A stretch of 25,822 bases of DNA from Coriobacteriia bacterium. GTDB lineage: Bacteria > Actinomycetota > Coriobacteriia > Anaerosomatales > Anaerosomataceae. Of this stretch, positions 1 through 7,428 are shown one piece after another; positions within the stretch are counted from its first letter, which is position 1, and every line of letters starts with the position of its first letter. The stretch covers positions 1 to 25,822 of the forward strand of contig JBBQIR010000030.1 in the NCBI GenBank assembly GCA_038325105.1, given 5' to 3'. The notes beneath the pieces were generated by a model that was not told the origin of the DNA, did no database searches, and saw only the letters and a program-made list of their open reading frames with translations. Position numbers and translations under genes: made by a program.

Positions 1-197
1 CCAGGCGTCTTGCCGCCCTGGAGCACCGCAAACCGGTTGATGAAGTCGACCCGGCCAAGCAGCAGCCCGATCGGCGGCATGATGACGTCCTTAACGAGCG
101 AGTTCACGATTGCCGTGAACGCAGCGCCGATGACGACACCAACGGCGAGGTCGATCGCGTTGCCCTTAAGCGCGAACTCCTTGAACTCCTTCAGCAT
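1..197 (-). CDS. mscL: Large-conductance mechanosensitive channel MscL, N-terminal ~65 aa (gene runs off the window start)
   Basis: The reverse complement from ATG (195-197) reads [65 protein letters not shown] with no stop before the edge. This matches the MscL N-terminus/TM1 signature (FxEFxxxGNxxDLAVGVIIGAAF ... IMPPxGLL). An AAGGA ribosome-binding site lies about 6 nt upstream. The + strand track ORF 10..252 is the shadow frame. Confidence 0.85.
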   Translation of the reverse strand, partial: MLKEFKEFALKGNAIDLAVGVVIGAAFTAIVNSLVKDVIMPPIGLLLGRVDFINRFAVLQGGKTP

Positions 198-304
198 GGT
201 GAATTCCTTTCGCTTGCATCAGCAGCAAGTATGCCTCAACTCGGCGGGTTAGGTCGTGGCAAGGATTCGGATAGCGCCGGTCGCTACGATGTGACTGCGT
301 CTTG

Positions 305-333
305 GTGAGTGCTATCATAGTGCTATCACTCAC
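305..333. promoter_or_regulatory. Candidate operator for VapB autoregulation: tandem direct repeat AGTGCTATCA (308-317 and 319-328) nested in inverted repeat GTGAGTG/CACTCAC (305-311 / 327-333)
   Basis: Repeat read directly in the sequence. It ends 5 nt before the GAGGAGG ribosome-binding site (338-344) of the ribbon-helix-helix antitoxin gene at 351. RHH antitoxins typically bind repeats overlapping their own promoter (established knowledge). Confidence 0.45.
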
Positions 334-350
334 TCCCGAGGAGGCATGCC

Positions 351-587
351 ATGCCTGATTTGCTCATCCGCAACGTCTCGGAGGACCTCGTTGCCAAGCT
401 CAAGGAGCGCGCCGCAGCCAAGAACCACTCGCTTCAGGTGGAGCTCACCTCGATCCTGCACGCCGCCGTGAAGCCCACCTGGGAAGAGTGGCTCGCGAAG
501 GCCGACGAGTTCCGCGCCAAGTCCAGGGAGTGGAACATCACCGATGACAGCACCGACCTCATCCGTGAGGACCGGGACTCGCGATGA
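351..587 (+). CDS. vapB: Type II antitoxin, ribbon-helix-helix (VapB/FitA-like), 78 aa
   Basis: N-terminus MPDLLIRNVSEDLVAKLKERAAAKNHSLQVELTSIL is the classic RHH antitoxin pattern (LxIRNLDDxxxxxLKxRAAxHGRSMEAExRxIL). GAGGAGG ribosome-binding site 6 nt upstream. The stop overlaps the start of the downstream PIN-domain gene (ATGA at 584-587). Confidence 0.65.
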   Translation: MPDLLIRNVSEDLVAKLKERAAAKNHSLQVELTSILHAAVKPTWEEWLAKADEFRAKSREWNITDDSTDLIREDRDSR

Positions 588-1000
588 GGGGTATCGTCGC
601 CGACGCATCCGTTGTGGTGAAGTACCTGTTCGAGGAAGCCGACTCGGCTGCGGCGATACGACTGCTCGAGGACTCTCAGGATGTCGTCGCACCGGAACTC
701 GTGTTCGCCGAGTGCGGGAACGCTGTCTGGAAGCGGGCACGGGGCGGCATGCTGACGGGAGAGGCTGCTCTCGACGCGTTGGAGCTTCTCGACGAGTTGT
801 CGCTGCAGCCGCTCCCCCTCGCCGACCTCACCGCCGACGCGCTCGCCATCGCGCTCAAGTTCAATCACTCGATCTACGACTGCTACTACGTGGCGGCGGC
901 CATCCACACCGGCCACACGCTTGTAACTGCCGACCGCATCCTCGCGGGAATCGCGCGCGAAGTCGGCCTCGGCGAGCAGGTGCTGCTCCTCGGCGAGTAG
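584..1000 (+). CDS. vapC: PIN-domain toxin VapC, 138 aa
   Basis: MRGIVADASVVVKYL...VAPELVFAECGNAV...YDCYYVAAA...LVTADRIL carries the conserved acidic residues of PIN/VapC (D at position 6, E, D...D). 4-nt ATGA overlap with vapB. Confidence 0.75.
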   Translation: MRGIVADASVVVKYLFEEADSAAAIRLLEDSQDVVAPELVFAECGNAVWKRARGGMLTGEAALDALELLDELSLQPLPLADLTADALAIALKFNHSIYDCYYVAAAIHTGHTLVTADRILAGIAREVGLGEQVLLLGE

Positions 1001-1049
1001 GCTGACCAGTCGCGGTCGTCGCACCCGGCGCCGCGCCGTACGCGCGCCG

Positions 1050-1868
1050 CTACGCTTTCGGGTAGCTTCCGAGCACCTTGACCTCGCGAAGCTTGAGGCG
1101 CAGGCAGTCAAGCGCGAGCCGCACGTGGGCGTCCTCAATGTGTCCCTCACAGTCGATGAAGAACATGTAGTCGCCAAGCTGCCGCTTGGTGGGACGCGAC
1201 TGGATCTTGGTGAGGTTGATGTCGCCGTAGGCGAACTCCGAGAGGATCATCAGTAGGGCGCCCGGCCGATCCTTCTTCATGAACAGTGCAAGCGAGGTCT
1301 TGTCTCGGCCGGTGCGCTCGCGAATGCCGCGCCCGATCACCACGAAGCGAGTCTGGTTGCCCGCGTAGTCCTCGACGCCCGCGTGCAGTGTCTCGGCGCC
1401 GTAGAGCTCGGCGGCATGCGCGGTGCCTAGCGCGGCTACGCCCGGCGACGCCACCGCCGTTTGCACTGCCTCGGCATTCGAGTTCGCGGCGACGATCGGG
1501 CGGCCCGGCAGGTTGCGCTCAAGCCAGCGGCGGCACTGACCGCTCGCCTGCGGGTGCGCGACCACCGAGGTTATGTCGGCCATTGCCGTACCCGGGGCGG
1601 CCAGCAGCGAGAAGTGGATGTCGAGCACCAACTCGGACTGAATCTCGAGCTGCGTGTCGAACACGAGTCCGTCCATCGTTGCCGGCACCGAGCCTTCGAT
1701 CGAGTTCTCGATGGGGGCGACGCCGATATCGGCCCGTCCCCGGTCGACGGCCTCGAACACCTCGCCGATCGTCGTGCACTCAACCGGCTCCACGCCGGGA
1801 ATGCCGAGGCGAAGCAACGCCTCCTCGGAGAACGTGCCTGCCGGACCGAGGAATGCGCAACGCGTCAT
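1050..1868 (-). CDS. pheA: Prephenate dehydratase (PDT domain + C-terminal ACT domain), 272 aa
   Basis: MTRCAFLGPAGTFSEEA... N-terminus and the ...ESRPTK... ACT-region motif are typical of monofunctional prephenate dehydratase. The start ATG 1866-1868 overlaps the stop of the upstream GGDEF gene (TCAT on + strand at 1865-1868). Confidence 0.8.
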   Translation of the reverse strand: MTRCAFLGPAGTFSEEALLRLGIPGVEPVECTTIGEVFEAVDRGRADIGVAPIENSIEGSVPATMDGLVFDTQLEIQSELVLDIHFSLLAAPGTAMADITSVVAHPQASGQCRRWLERNLPGRPIVAANSNAEAVQTAVASPGVAALGTAHAAELYGAETLHAGVEDYAGNQTRFVVIGRGIRERTGRDKTSLALFMKKDRPGALLMILSEFAYGDINLTKIQSRPTKRQLGDYMFFIDCEGHIEDAHVRLALDCLRLKLREVKVLGSYPKA

Positions 1869-3439
1869 GAGGTCTCCTCTTCGGGCTTGGCGGGCACGGT
1901 CGGCCTACCCAGTCTCGTCATTCTGATCCGTGGTGCTCGTACGCGGTCCTTGCCGAGCGTCTTCGCCTGGTAGACGGCATCGTCTGCCGCCTTGAGCAAC
2001 GTTTCCTTGTCGTCGGCGTGTGCAGGGAAACTTGCGAGTCCGATGCTCACCGTCACGCGCACCGTGCGCTCGCCATCCGCATCCGGAAACCGGTGCAGCG
2101 ACACGGCCTCACGGATCTTCTCGGCCACGATGAAGGAACCTGCCGAGTCCGTCTCGGGCAGCAGAACGGAGAACTCCTCGCCGCCGTAGCGGGCAACCAC
2201 GTCGACCTCGCGCACGTTGGCCTTGAGCACGCGGCCAAGCTCCGAGAGCACAACGTCGCCAACGAGGTGCCCGTGCGTGTCGTTGATCGCCTTGAACGAG
2301 TCGACGTCGAGCATGAGGAACGAGAGCGTCTTGCCGTAGCGACGCGCCCGGCCGATCTCGTCGTCGAGGCGCTGCTGCAAGAACCGGTAGTTGTACAAGT
2401 CGGTCAGCTCGTCAGTGACCGAGAGGCGCTTCGTGAGCTTATAGAGCCGCGAGTTCTCGACCGCAACGACAAGCTCCGACGAGACCGCCGAGAGCACCGT
2501 GCGGTCGTCGGTGTCGAGTGCGTCGATATGCCGCGCGTCGGCGCAGAACACCACGAGCATGCCGTTGTGGTCGAGCAACTCCATGCAGGAGAAGTGCTCG
2601 TCGTCGGCCAGTTCGGCCTCCGCTATCACGCCCGGCCCCGAGTACGAGTACGCCCCCTCGCTGCGCAGTCCCTTGCTTGCCGAGAAGAGCGTCTGCTGTT
2701 TCGCCTTGTCGATCACGAAGATGCACGCGGCAGGGATGTCGATGACCTTCTGCAGGATGTCGATGATGAGCGGCCCCACGGCGTCGAAGTCGAGCGTGGA
2801 GTGAATAATCTCGCTGATCTCAGCGATCGCCTGCATCTCGGCAACGCTTCGCTCGAGCTGCCGGTTGAGCTCAGCAACCTCGATACTGCGCTCCTTGAGC
2901 GACTCCTGCCGCTCGGTCTGCCGCTCCATGAGACGGCTGACCGCGTACCCCATCAAGACGATGGCGACGGCCTTCATCATCACGAAGAAGTACGCCACAG
3001 GGCCGAGAGACGCGTGTGCGCCCGTGAGATGTGCTGACAGGTACGACACAGCGAGAAGCCCCGAGTACACCCAGGCGCTCGTACGCCTGAATATCGCAGC
3101 ATAGATTGCTCCGGCGCAGAGGTAGAACGCATAGAACGGATCCTCGAACGGTAGCGCGGCGCTGGCCAGGAAGGCCAGCCCGACAAGATCGAAAGGAAGT
3201 ACGGTGAGCAGAACCTGCTGGATGCCTGCCGACTTCCCGAAGACGCTCATAGCGACCGCGAAAAGCGTAGCTATCGCAAAGAGCACCACACCCGCGAAGT
3301 AGACGACACCGAGATTGGAGTCCACTATGAAACGCGCCCACACCACGTACATCCCGAGAACGAGCACGGTTCCCGAGATGCGCGCAGTCAGATAGAGGCT
3401 CAGACCAGAGCTGGATGTCACTCGCGCTTCAGACTTCAA
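1865..3439 (-). CDS. Membrane-anchored diguanylate cyclase (multi-TM N-terminus, GAF-like middle region, GGDEF domain with GGEEF active site), ~524 aa
   Basis: C-terminus ...DELTDLYNYRFLQQRLDDEIGRARRYGKTLSFLMLDVDSFKAINDTHGHLVGDVVLSELG...RYGGEEFSVLLPETD is a canonical GGDEF domain. The N-terminal ~170 aa are hydrophobic, with 5-6 predicted helices. Exact start uncertain; several in-frame starts fall between 3340 and 3439. Confidence 0.8.
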   Translation of the reverse strand: MKSEARVTSSSGLSLYLTARISGTVLVLGMYVVWARFIVDSNLGVVYFAGVVLFAIATLFAVAMSVFGKSAGIQQVLLTVLPFDLVGLAFLASAALPFEDPFYAFYLCAGAIYAAIFRRTSAWVYSGLLAVSYLSAHLTGAHASLGPVAYFFVMMKAVAIVLMGYAVSRLMERQTERQESLKERSIEVAELNRQLERSVAEMQAIAEISEIIHSTLDFDAVGPLIIDILQKVIDIPAACIFVIDKAKQQTLFSASKGLRSEGAYSYSGPGVIAEAELADDEHFSCMELLDHNGMLVVFCADARHIDALDTDDRTVLSAVSSELVVAVENSRLYKLTKRLSVTDELTDLYNYRFLQQRLDDEIGRARRYGKTLSFLMLDVDSFKAINDTHGHLVGDVVLSELGRVLKANVREVDVVARYGGEEFSVLLPETDSAGSFIVAEKIREAVSLHRFPDADGERTVRVTVSIGLASFPAHADDKETLLKAADDAVYQAKTLGKDRVRAPRIRMTRLGRPTVPAKPEEETS

Positions 3440-3543
3440 CCACTGCCCCCTTGTGGCGGGTGACCTTGGGAAAGAGTATAACCTCTAGGGTGGTCGCCCA
3501 ACCCGACTGCCAACGAAAACAGCATCTTCGTTCAGGAGACTTG

Positions 3544-4314
3544 ATGGAACCCGACGCGATCCGCTCCCTCCTCGAAGCCGTAGCCTCCGGCGAGACAACT
3601 CCCGCAGACGCCTTCGGGAAGCTTGAGACGCTCCCGTTCGCAGATCTCGGCCATGCAAAGGTCGACCACCACCGAGAGATGCGCTGCGGCTTCCCTGAGG
3701 TCGTCTTCTGCCAGGGCAAGTCACCCTCCCAGGTGCGGTCGATCGCCCGAGAACTTCTCGAACACGGGGACATCTTCCTCGGCACGCGAGCTTCGGCGTC
3801 GCACTTCCAGTCGGTGGGTCAGGTGGCACTCGATGCGCGGTACTTCGAGGAGTCGCGCCTCATCGTGGTTGACCGGCGCGACCCCCGGCCGCAGCACGGA
3901 CACATCGTGGTCGCGTCGGGCGGCACCGCCGACCAGCCGGTCGCCGAGGAGGCTGCCGTGTCGGCCGAAGTCATGGGAAACCGTGTGAGCCGCGTGTACG
4001 ACGTCGGCGTGGCGGGGCTGCACCGGTTGCTGGCCCACCAAGACGTCCTTCGCGAAGCAAACGTGATCATCGCGGTCGCCGGGATGGAGGGGGCTCTCCC
4101 CTCCCTCGTGGCAGGACTCGTGTCATGCCCGGTCGTGGCGGTTCCCACGTCTATCGGCTACGGAGCGAGCTTCGGCGGCATCGCCGCACTCCTCACCATG
4201 CTCAACTCGTGCGCGTCTGGCATCGGCGTCGTGAACATCGACAACGGCTTCGGTGCTGCGGCGCTGGCAAGCCGCATCAACCAGGCGGCAGCTGCCGCCG
4301 ACGCGATCCGATGA
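3544..4314 (+). CDS. larB: Nickel-pincer nucleotide cofactor biosynthesis protein LarB (PurE-like pyridinium-3,5-biscarboxylic acid mononucleotide synthase), 256 aa
   Basis: MEPDAIRSLLEAVASGETTPADAFGKL... N-domain followed by a PurE-like core (IVVASGGTADQPVAEEA...VAGMEGALPSLVAGL...VVAVPTSIGYG). AGGAG ribosome-binding site at 3534-3538. The track ORF starts further upstream (3415), but the 3544 ATG matches LarB length. Stop TGA 4312-4314 overlaps the larC ATG at 4311. Confidence 0.75.
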   Translation: MEPDAIRSLLEAVASGETTPADAFGKLETLPFADLGHAKVDHHREMRCGFPEVVFCQGKSPSQVRSIARELLEHGDIFLGTRASASHFQSVGQVALDARYFEESRLIVVDRRDPRPQHGHIVVASGGTADQPVAEEAAVSAEVMGNRVSRVYDVGVAGLHRLLAHQDVLREANVIIAVAGMEGALPSLVAGLVSCPVVAVPTSIGYGASFGGIAALLTMLNSCASGIGVVNIDNGFGAAALASRINQAAAAADAIR

Positions 4315-5492
4315 TCGCGTATCTCGACTGCTCCACCGGCATCTCCGGAGACAAGTTCCTCGGCGCGCTCATTGGTGCGGGATTCTCTGCTGAAGCGCTC
4401 CGCGAGTCGCTCGCGCCGCTTGGCTTCGAGGACGCGGTCACCGTGCGCGAGGTGCGCTCCAGTGGTATGGCCGCGATCGGTATCGCAGTCGCCGATGAAC
4501 CCGACGCGCGACTCCGCCACTGGTCCGACATCCGCGCGCTCCTGGAGAGTGCTGCGCTCGACGCGCCCGTGCGCGACGGCGCCCTGCGCGCATTCACCTT
4601 GCTCGCGGAAGCCGAGGCGCGCGTGCACGGCTGCGCGGTCGGCGACGTGCACTTCCACGAGGTCGGTGCGGCCGACACGATCGTTGATATCGTCGGTGTC
4701 GCGGCCGGGCTCAATGCGCTCGGCATCGAGCGGCTCGTGTGCACGCACGTCGCGCTTGGAAGCGGCACGGTCAACACGAGTCACGGCATGCTGCCGGTGC
4801 CCGCCCCCGCAACGGCGGCGCTCCTCGAGGGCGTCCCCGCGTACGGCGGCGACATCGCGAGCGAACTCACTACACCGACAGGCGCGGCACTGCTGCGCGC
4901 GTTCGTCGATGAATACGGCGCGATGCCCGAGATGACTGTGCGCGCAAGCGGCGCCGGCGCCGGAACGCGCGACATCGGCGTTCCCAACATCGCCCGGATC
5001 CTCCTCGGCGATGCGCCCCAGCCCGCTGCCGCCGACCCCGGTACCGAGGATGTCGTCGTACTCGAAAGCAACGTCGATCACCTCTCGGCGGAACACCTCG
5101 CATACGCGGCGGAGCGGCTCCTCGATGCGGGTGCGCTCGACGTCTGGCAGACGCCCATCGTCATGAAGAAGGGGCGCGCGGCTGTCGCACTAAGCGTGCT
5201 CGCAACACCGGATTCTGCCGCCTCGCTCGCAGCCCGGATTATGGGCGAGACGGGGTCGCTCGGCGTTCGCGTGGTTCCCGTGCGTCGCCACATCGCAGAG
5301 CGAGATGTCGTGGAGGTCGAAACGTCGCTCGGACGGGTACGCGTCAAGACGTGGCAGATCGGCGAGCGCTCCGGCGTGCGAGCGGAGTTTGACGACGTCG
5401 CCCGCATCGCAACGGAGAGTGACCGCCCCGCTGCGGAGATCGCCGCGCTACTCGCCGATGAGGCCCGTGCGCTTCTCGGCATGGACTCGTAG
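4311..5492 (+). CDS. larC: Nickel insertion protein LarC (DUF111 family), 393 aa
   Basis: MIAYLDCSTGISGDKFLGALIGAGF... N-terminus and the HFHEVGAADTIVDIVG motif are diagnostic of LarC. It is in frame within track ORF 4125..5492. The real start is taken as the ATG at 4311, giving ATGA coupling with larB. Confidence 0.8.
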   Translation: MIAYLDCSTGISGDKFLGALIGAGFSAEALRESLAPLGFEDAVTVREVRSSGMAAIGIAVADEPDARLRHWSDIRALLESAALDAPVRDGALRAFTLLAEAEARVHGCAVGDVHFHEVGAADTIVDIVGVAAGLNALGIERLVCTHVALGSGTVNTSHGMLPVPAPATAALLEGVPAYGGDIASELTTPTGAALLRAFVDEYGAMPEMTVRASGAGAGTRDIGVPNIARILLGDAPQPAAADPGTEDVVVLESNVDHLSAEHLAYAAERLLDAGALDVWQTPIVMKKGRAAVALSVLATPDSAASLAARIMGETGSLGVRVVPVRRHIAERDVVEVETSLGRVRVKTWQIGERSGVRAEFDDVARIATESDRPAAEIAALLADEARALLGMDS

Positions 5493-5510
5493 AGGCGGCC
5501 CGAAGACAGA

Positions 5511-5538
5511 AATCCGCCGGAGGGGCGTCCGGCGGATT
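5511..5538. terminator. Hairpin terminator between convergent larC (+) and the glycosylase gene (-): AATCCGCCGG-aggggcgt-CCGGCGGATT
   Basis: Perfect 10-bp GC-rich stem with 8-nt loop, seen directly, 19 nt after the larC stop. A weak T-run follows on + (TTCCATCC); TTTCTGTCTT follows on the - strand reading. Confidence 0.55.
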
Positions 5539-5694
5539 CCATCCGCAGTCGTCAGATTCTTTCCAGCGCCCGCGACAGCGGATCTCGGCGCTAGTGCCCC
5601 GTAAGGAGCACCCTTTGGGTTACTGTCTCTATCGGCTTCCAACACCTGGCAGTTTAATGAATCCTGACGAGCGGATGGTGTGGTGCACACCCGG

Positions 5695-6642
5695 TCAAGC
5701 GATTCGGAAACGCCCGTCGTCCCCGGCAAGAAAACCCTCGGCGACAAGTCCGGTAAGGGCTGTGGCCACGCGCGCCTCGTCGAAGCCGGTGGCGTCGGCA
5801 AGCGCAGTCGCATCCTGGCCGGGACGCGCCGTGATCTCCCGAAGCAGCGCACCGCGCACCTGACGGTTGGATCCCTCGAAGCGCGACTGGCGCGTGTGGT
5901 GCGCGCTGCGCCGGGACGGGTTGGCGACCGTCGCCTTGAGGTGCGTCCCGTAGTCCATGAGCGCGTAGAACCACGTCCGCGGGTCGTCCCGGTCGAGCGT
6001 GGCCTCCACGAGCGGCAGGATTGCGGCATCGGGAACGTCGTCCGCGTCGCCGAAGAACTCGTGCAGGTAAACGCTCCGGATGTTCGTCTCGATGAACGGA
6101 ACCCCCACGCCGAACGCGAATGCGAGAATCTGCGCAGCCGTTGCGTGACCGATGCCTGGAAGCGCCATGAGGTCTTCAAGCGTGTCGGGCACCCGGCTGT
6201 CGTGCTCGGTCACGATTACCTCGGCTGCCACCTTGAGGGACTTCGCGCGGCGGTTGTAGCCGAGACCCGACCACGCGACCAGCACGTCGGCGAGCGGGGC
6301 GGTCGCCAGCGAGTGCACGTCGGGAAAAGCCCGCAGGAAGCTCGCGTACTTCGGCACAACGCGCGAGACCTGGGTCTGCTGCAACATGACTTCGGAGATG
6401 AGAATCTCGTACGGGTCGCGTGTACGGCGCCACGGCAGATCGCGTGCGGCGTTTTCATAGTGGCCGAGGACCATGGCCCGGAACTCATCGTACGCGGTTG
6501 CGTTCACGCACACCTCCAGCGCGAATCGTAGCTGAAAGCGACCGCATCCGGGACGCTCGCGTGCAGCCACGCACCGCTCAATGGCCTTGGAGGCCAAAGT
6601 TGGGTAGATTGCATCGAGTACGCTGAACGATGAATCATCCAC
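5695..6642 (-). CDS. HhH-GPD base-excision DNA glycosylase, MutY-like N-terminal domain; no Fe-S cluster loop and no NUDIX-like C-terminal domain
   Basis: ARDLPWRRTRDPYEILISEVMLQQTQVSRVVPKYASFLRAFP ... LMALPGIGHATAAQIL closely matches the MutY catalytic-domain signature (catalytic Glu in SEVMLQQT, HhH-GPD hairpin). The C-terminal 90 aa contain no cysteines, so the Cx6Cx2Cx5C cluster is absent. The start is uncertain: the 6642 start gives a 50-aa N-terminal extension; an alternative ATG at 6474 gives 260 aa. Confidence 0.6.
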   Translation of the reverse strand: MDDSSFSVLDAIYPTLASKAIERCVAARERPGCGRFQLRFALEVCVNATAYDEFRAMVLGHYENAARDLPWRRTRDPYEILISEVMLQQTQVSRVVPKYASFLRAFPDVHSLATAPLADVLVAWSGLGYNRRAKSLKVAAEVIVTEHDSRVPDTLEDLMALPGIGHATAAQILAFAFGVGVPFIETNIRSVYLHEFFGDADDVPDAAILPLVEATLDRDDPRTWFYALMDYGTHLKATVANPSRRSAHHTRQSRFEGSNRQVRGALLREITARPGQDATALADATGFDEARVATALTGLVAEGFLAGDDGRFRIA

Positions 6643-6666
6643 TCCTGGAACGGATCGGGGTGCACT

Positions 6667-7428
6667 ATGGCCGAAAGTACGTCACCGCTCCTCGCGGTCG
6701 AGGACCTGCATGTGAGCGTCGGTGACCGCGAGATTCTGCGCGGCGTCGACCTCGTGATCGCCGAAGGCGAGACGCACGTGCTTCTGGGACCGAACGGCGG
6801 GGGTAAGACAACGCTCCTCAACACGATCATCGGACTACCCAACTACCGGGTGACGCAGGGTCGCATCGTGTTCAAAGGAACCGACCTGGTCGGACTCGAG
6901 ATCGACGAGCGCGCGCGCCTCGGCATCGGCGTCGCCTTCCAGCGCCCGCCGGCCGTGCGGGGTATCCGCCTTCGCCAGCTCATCGAGGTGGCGGCGGGTG
7001 GCGGCGAGAACGACCAGCTCCTCGCCGATCTCATCGGCGAGCTTTCGCTTGAGAAGATGATCGACCGTGACGTGAACATGGGGTTCTCGGGCGGGGAGAT
7101 GAAGCGCTCCGAGATGGCCCAGCTCCTTGCACAGGCGCCCGACCTCACCCTCTTCGATGAGCCGGAGTCCGGCGTGGACCTCGACAACATCGCGGTCGTC
7201 GGCGGCGCGATGAAGCGCCTGCTTAAGGCCGAGCGCGTCGGCAAGTCCAAGCGCTCCGGACTCATCGTGACGCACACCGGTCACATTCTTGAGTACGTCA
7301 ACGGCGACATCGGCCACGTGCTCTACGATGGCCGACTCGCGTGTAAGGGCAACCCGCTCGACCTCATCGGCGAGATCGGGAAGCACGGCTACGACAAATG
7401 TGTGGAGTGTGCGATATGCCAGCGATAA
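6667..7428 (+). CDS. sufC: Fe-S cluster assembly ATPase SufC, 253 aa
   Basis: Walker A GPNGGGKTT, ABC signature FSGGEMKR, Walker B LTLFDEPESGVD and a characteristic SufC N-terminus (LLAVEDLHVSVGDREILRGVDLVIAEGETHVLLGPNG). Confidence 0.85.
   Translation: MAESTSPLLAVEDLHVSVGDREILRGVDLVIAEGETHVLLGPNGGGKTTLLNTIIGLPNYRVTQGRIVFKGTDLVGLEIDERARLGIGVAFQRPPAVRGIRLRQLIEVAAGGGENDQLLADLIGELSLEKMIDRDVNMGFSGGEMKRSEMAQLLAQAPDLTLFDEPESGVDLDNIAVVGGAMKRLLKAERVGKSKRSGLIVTHTGHILEYVNGDIGHVLYDGRLACKGNPLDLIGEIGKHGYDKCVECAICQR

Noticed and set aside
10-252. Track ORF on + strand (80 aa, [10 protein letters not shown]...)
   Set aside because: Shadow frame of the minus-strand mscL gene (1..197), whose translation is a textbook MscL N-terminus. 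The + frame product is low-complexity with no ribosome-binding site.
330-1177. Minus-strand ORFs 330..740 and 434..1177 and + ORF 544..1005 (Arg/Pro-rich)
   Set aside because: Arginine/proline-rich antisense or off-frame products typical of high-GC DNA. They overlap the well-supported vapBC genes.
3415-3543. Upstream extension of larB (track start 3415, MSLALQTSTTAPLW...)
   Set aside because: It would overlap the divergent GGDEF gene start region and adds 43 non-conserved residues. ATG 3544 with an AGGAG ribosome-binding site gives a LarB of canonical length. Kept only as an alternative.
5448-6531. ORFs 5448..6179(-), 5680..6531(+), 5654..5974(-)
   Set aside because: Overlap the MutY-like gene in wrong frames or strand. 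Arg-rich, with no motifs.
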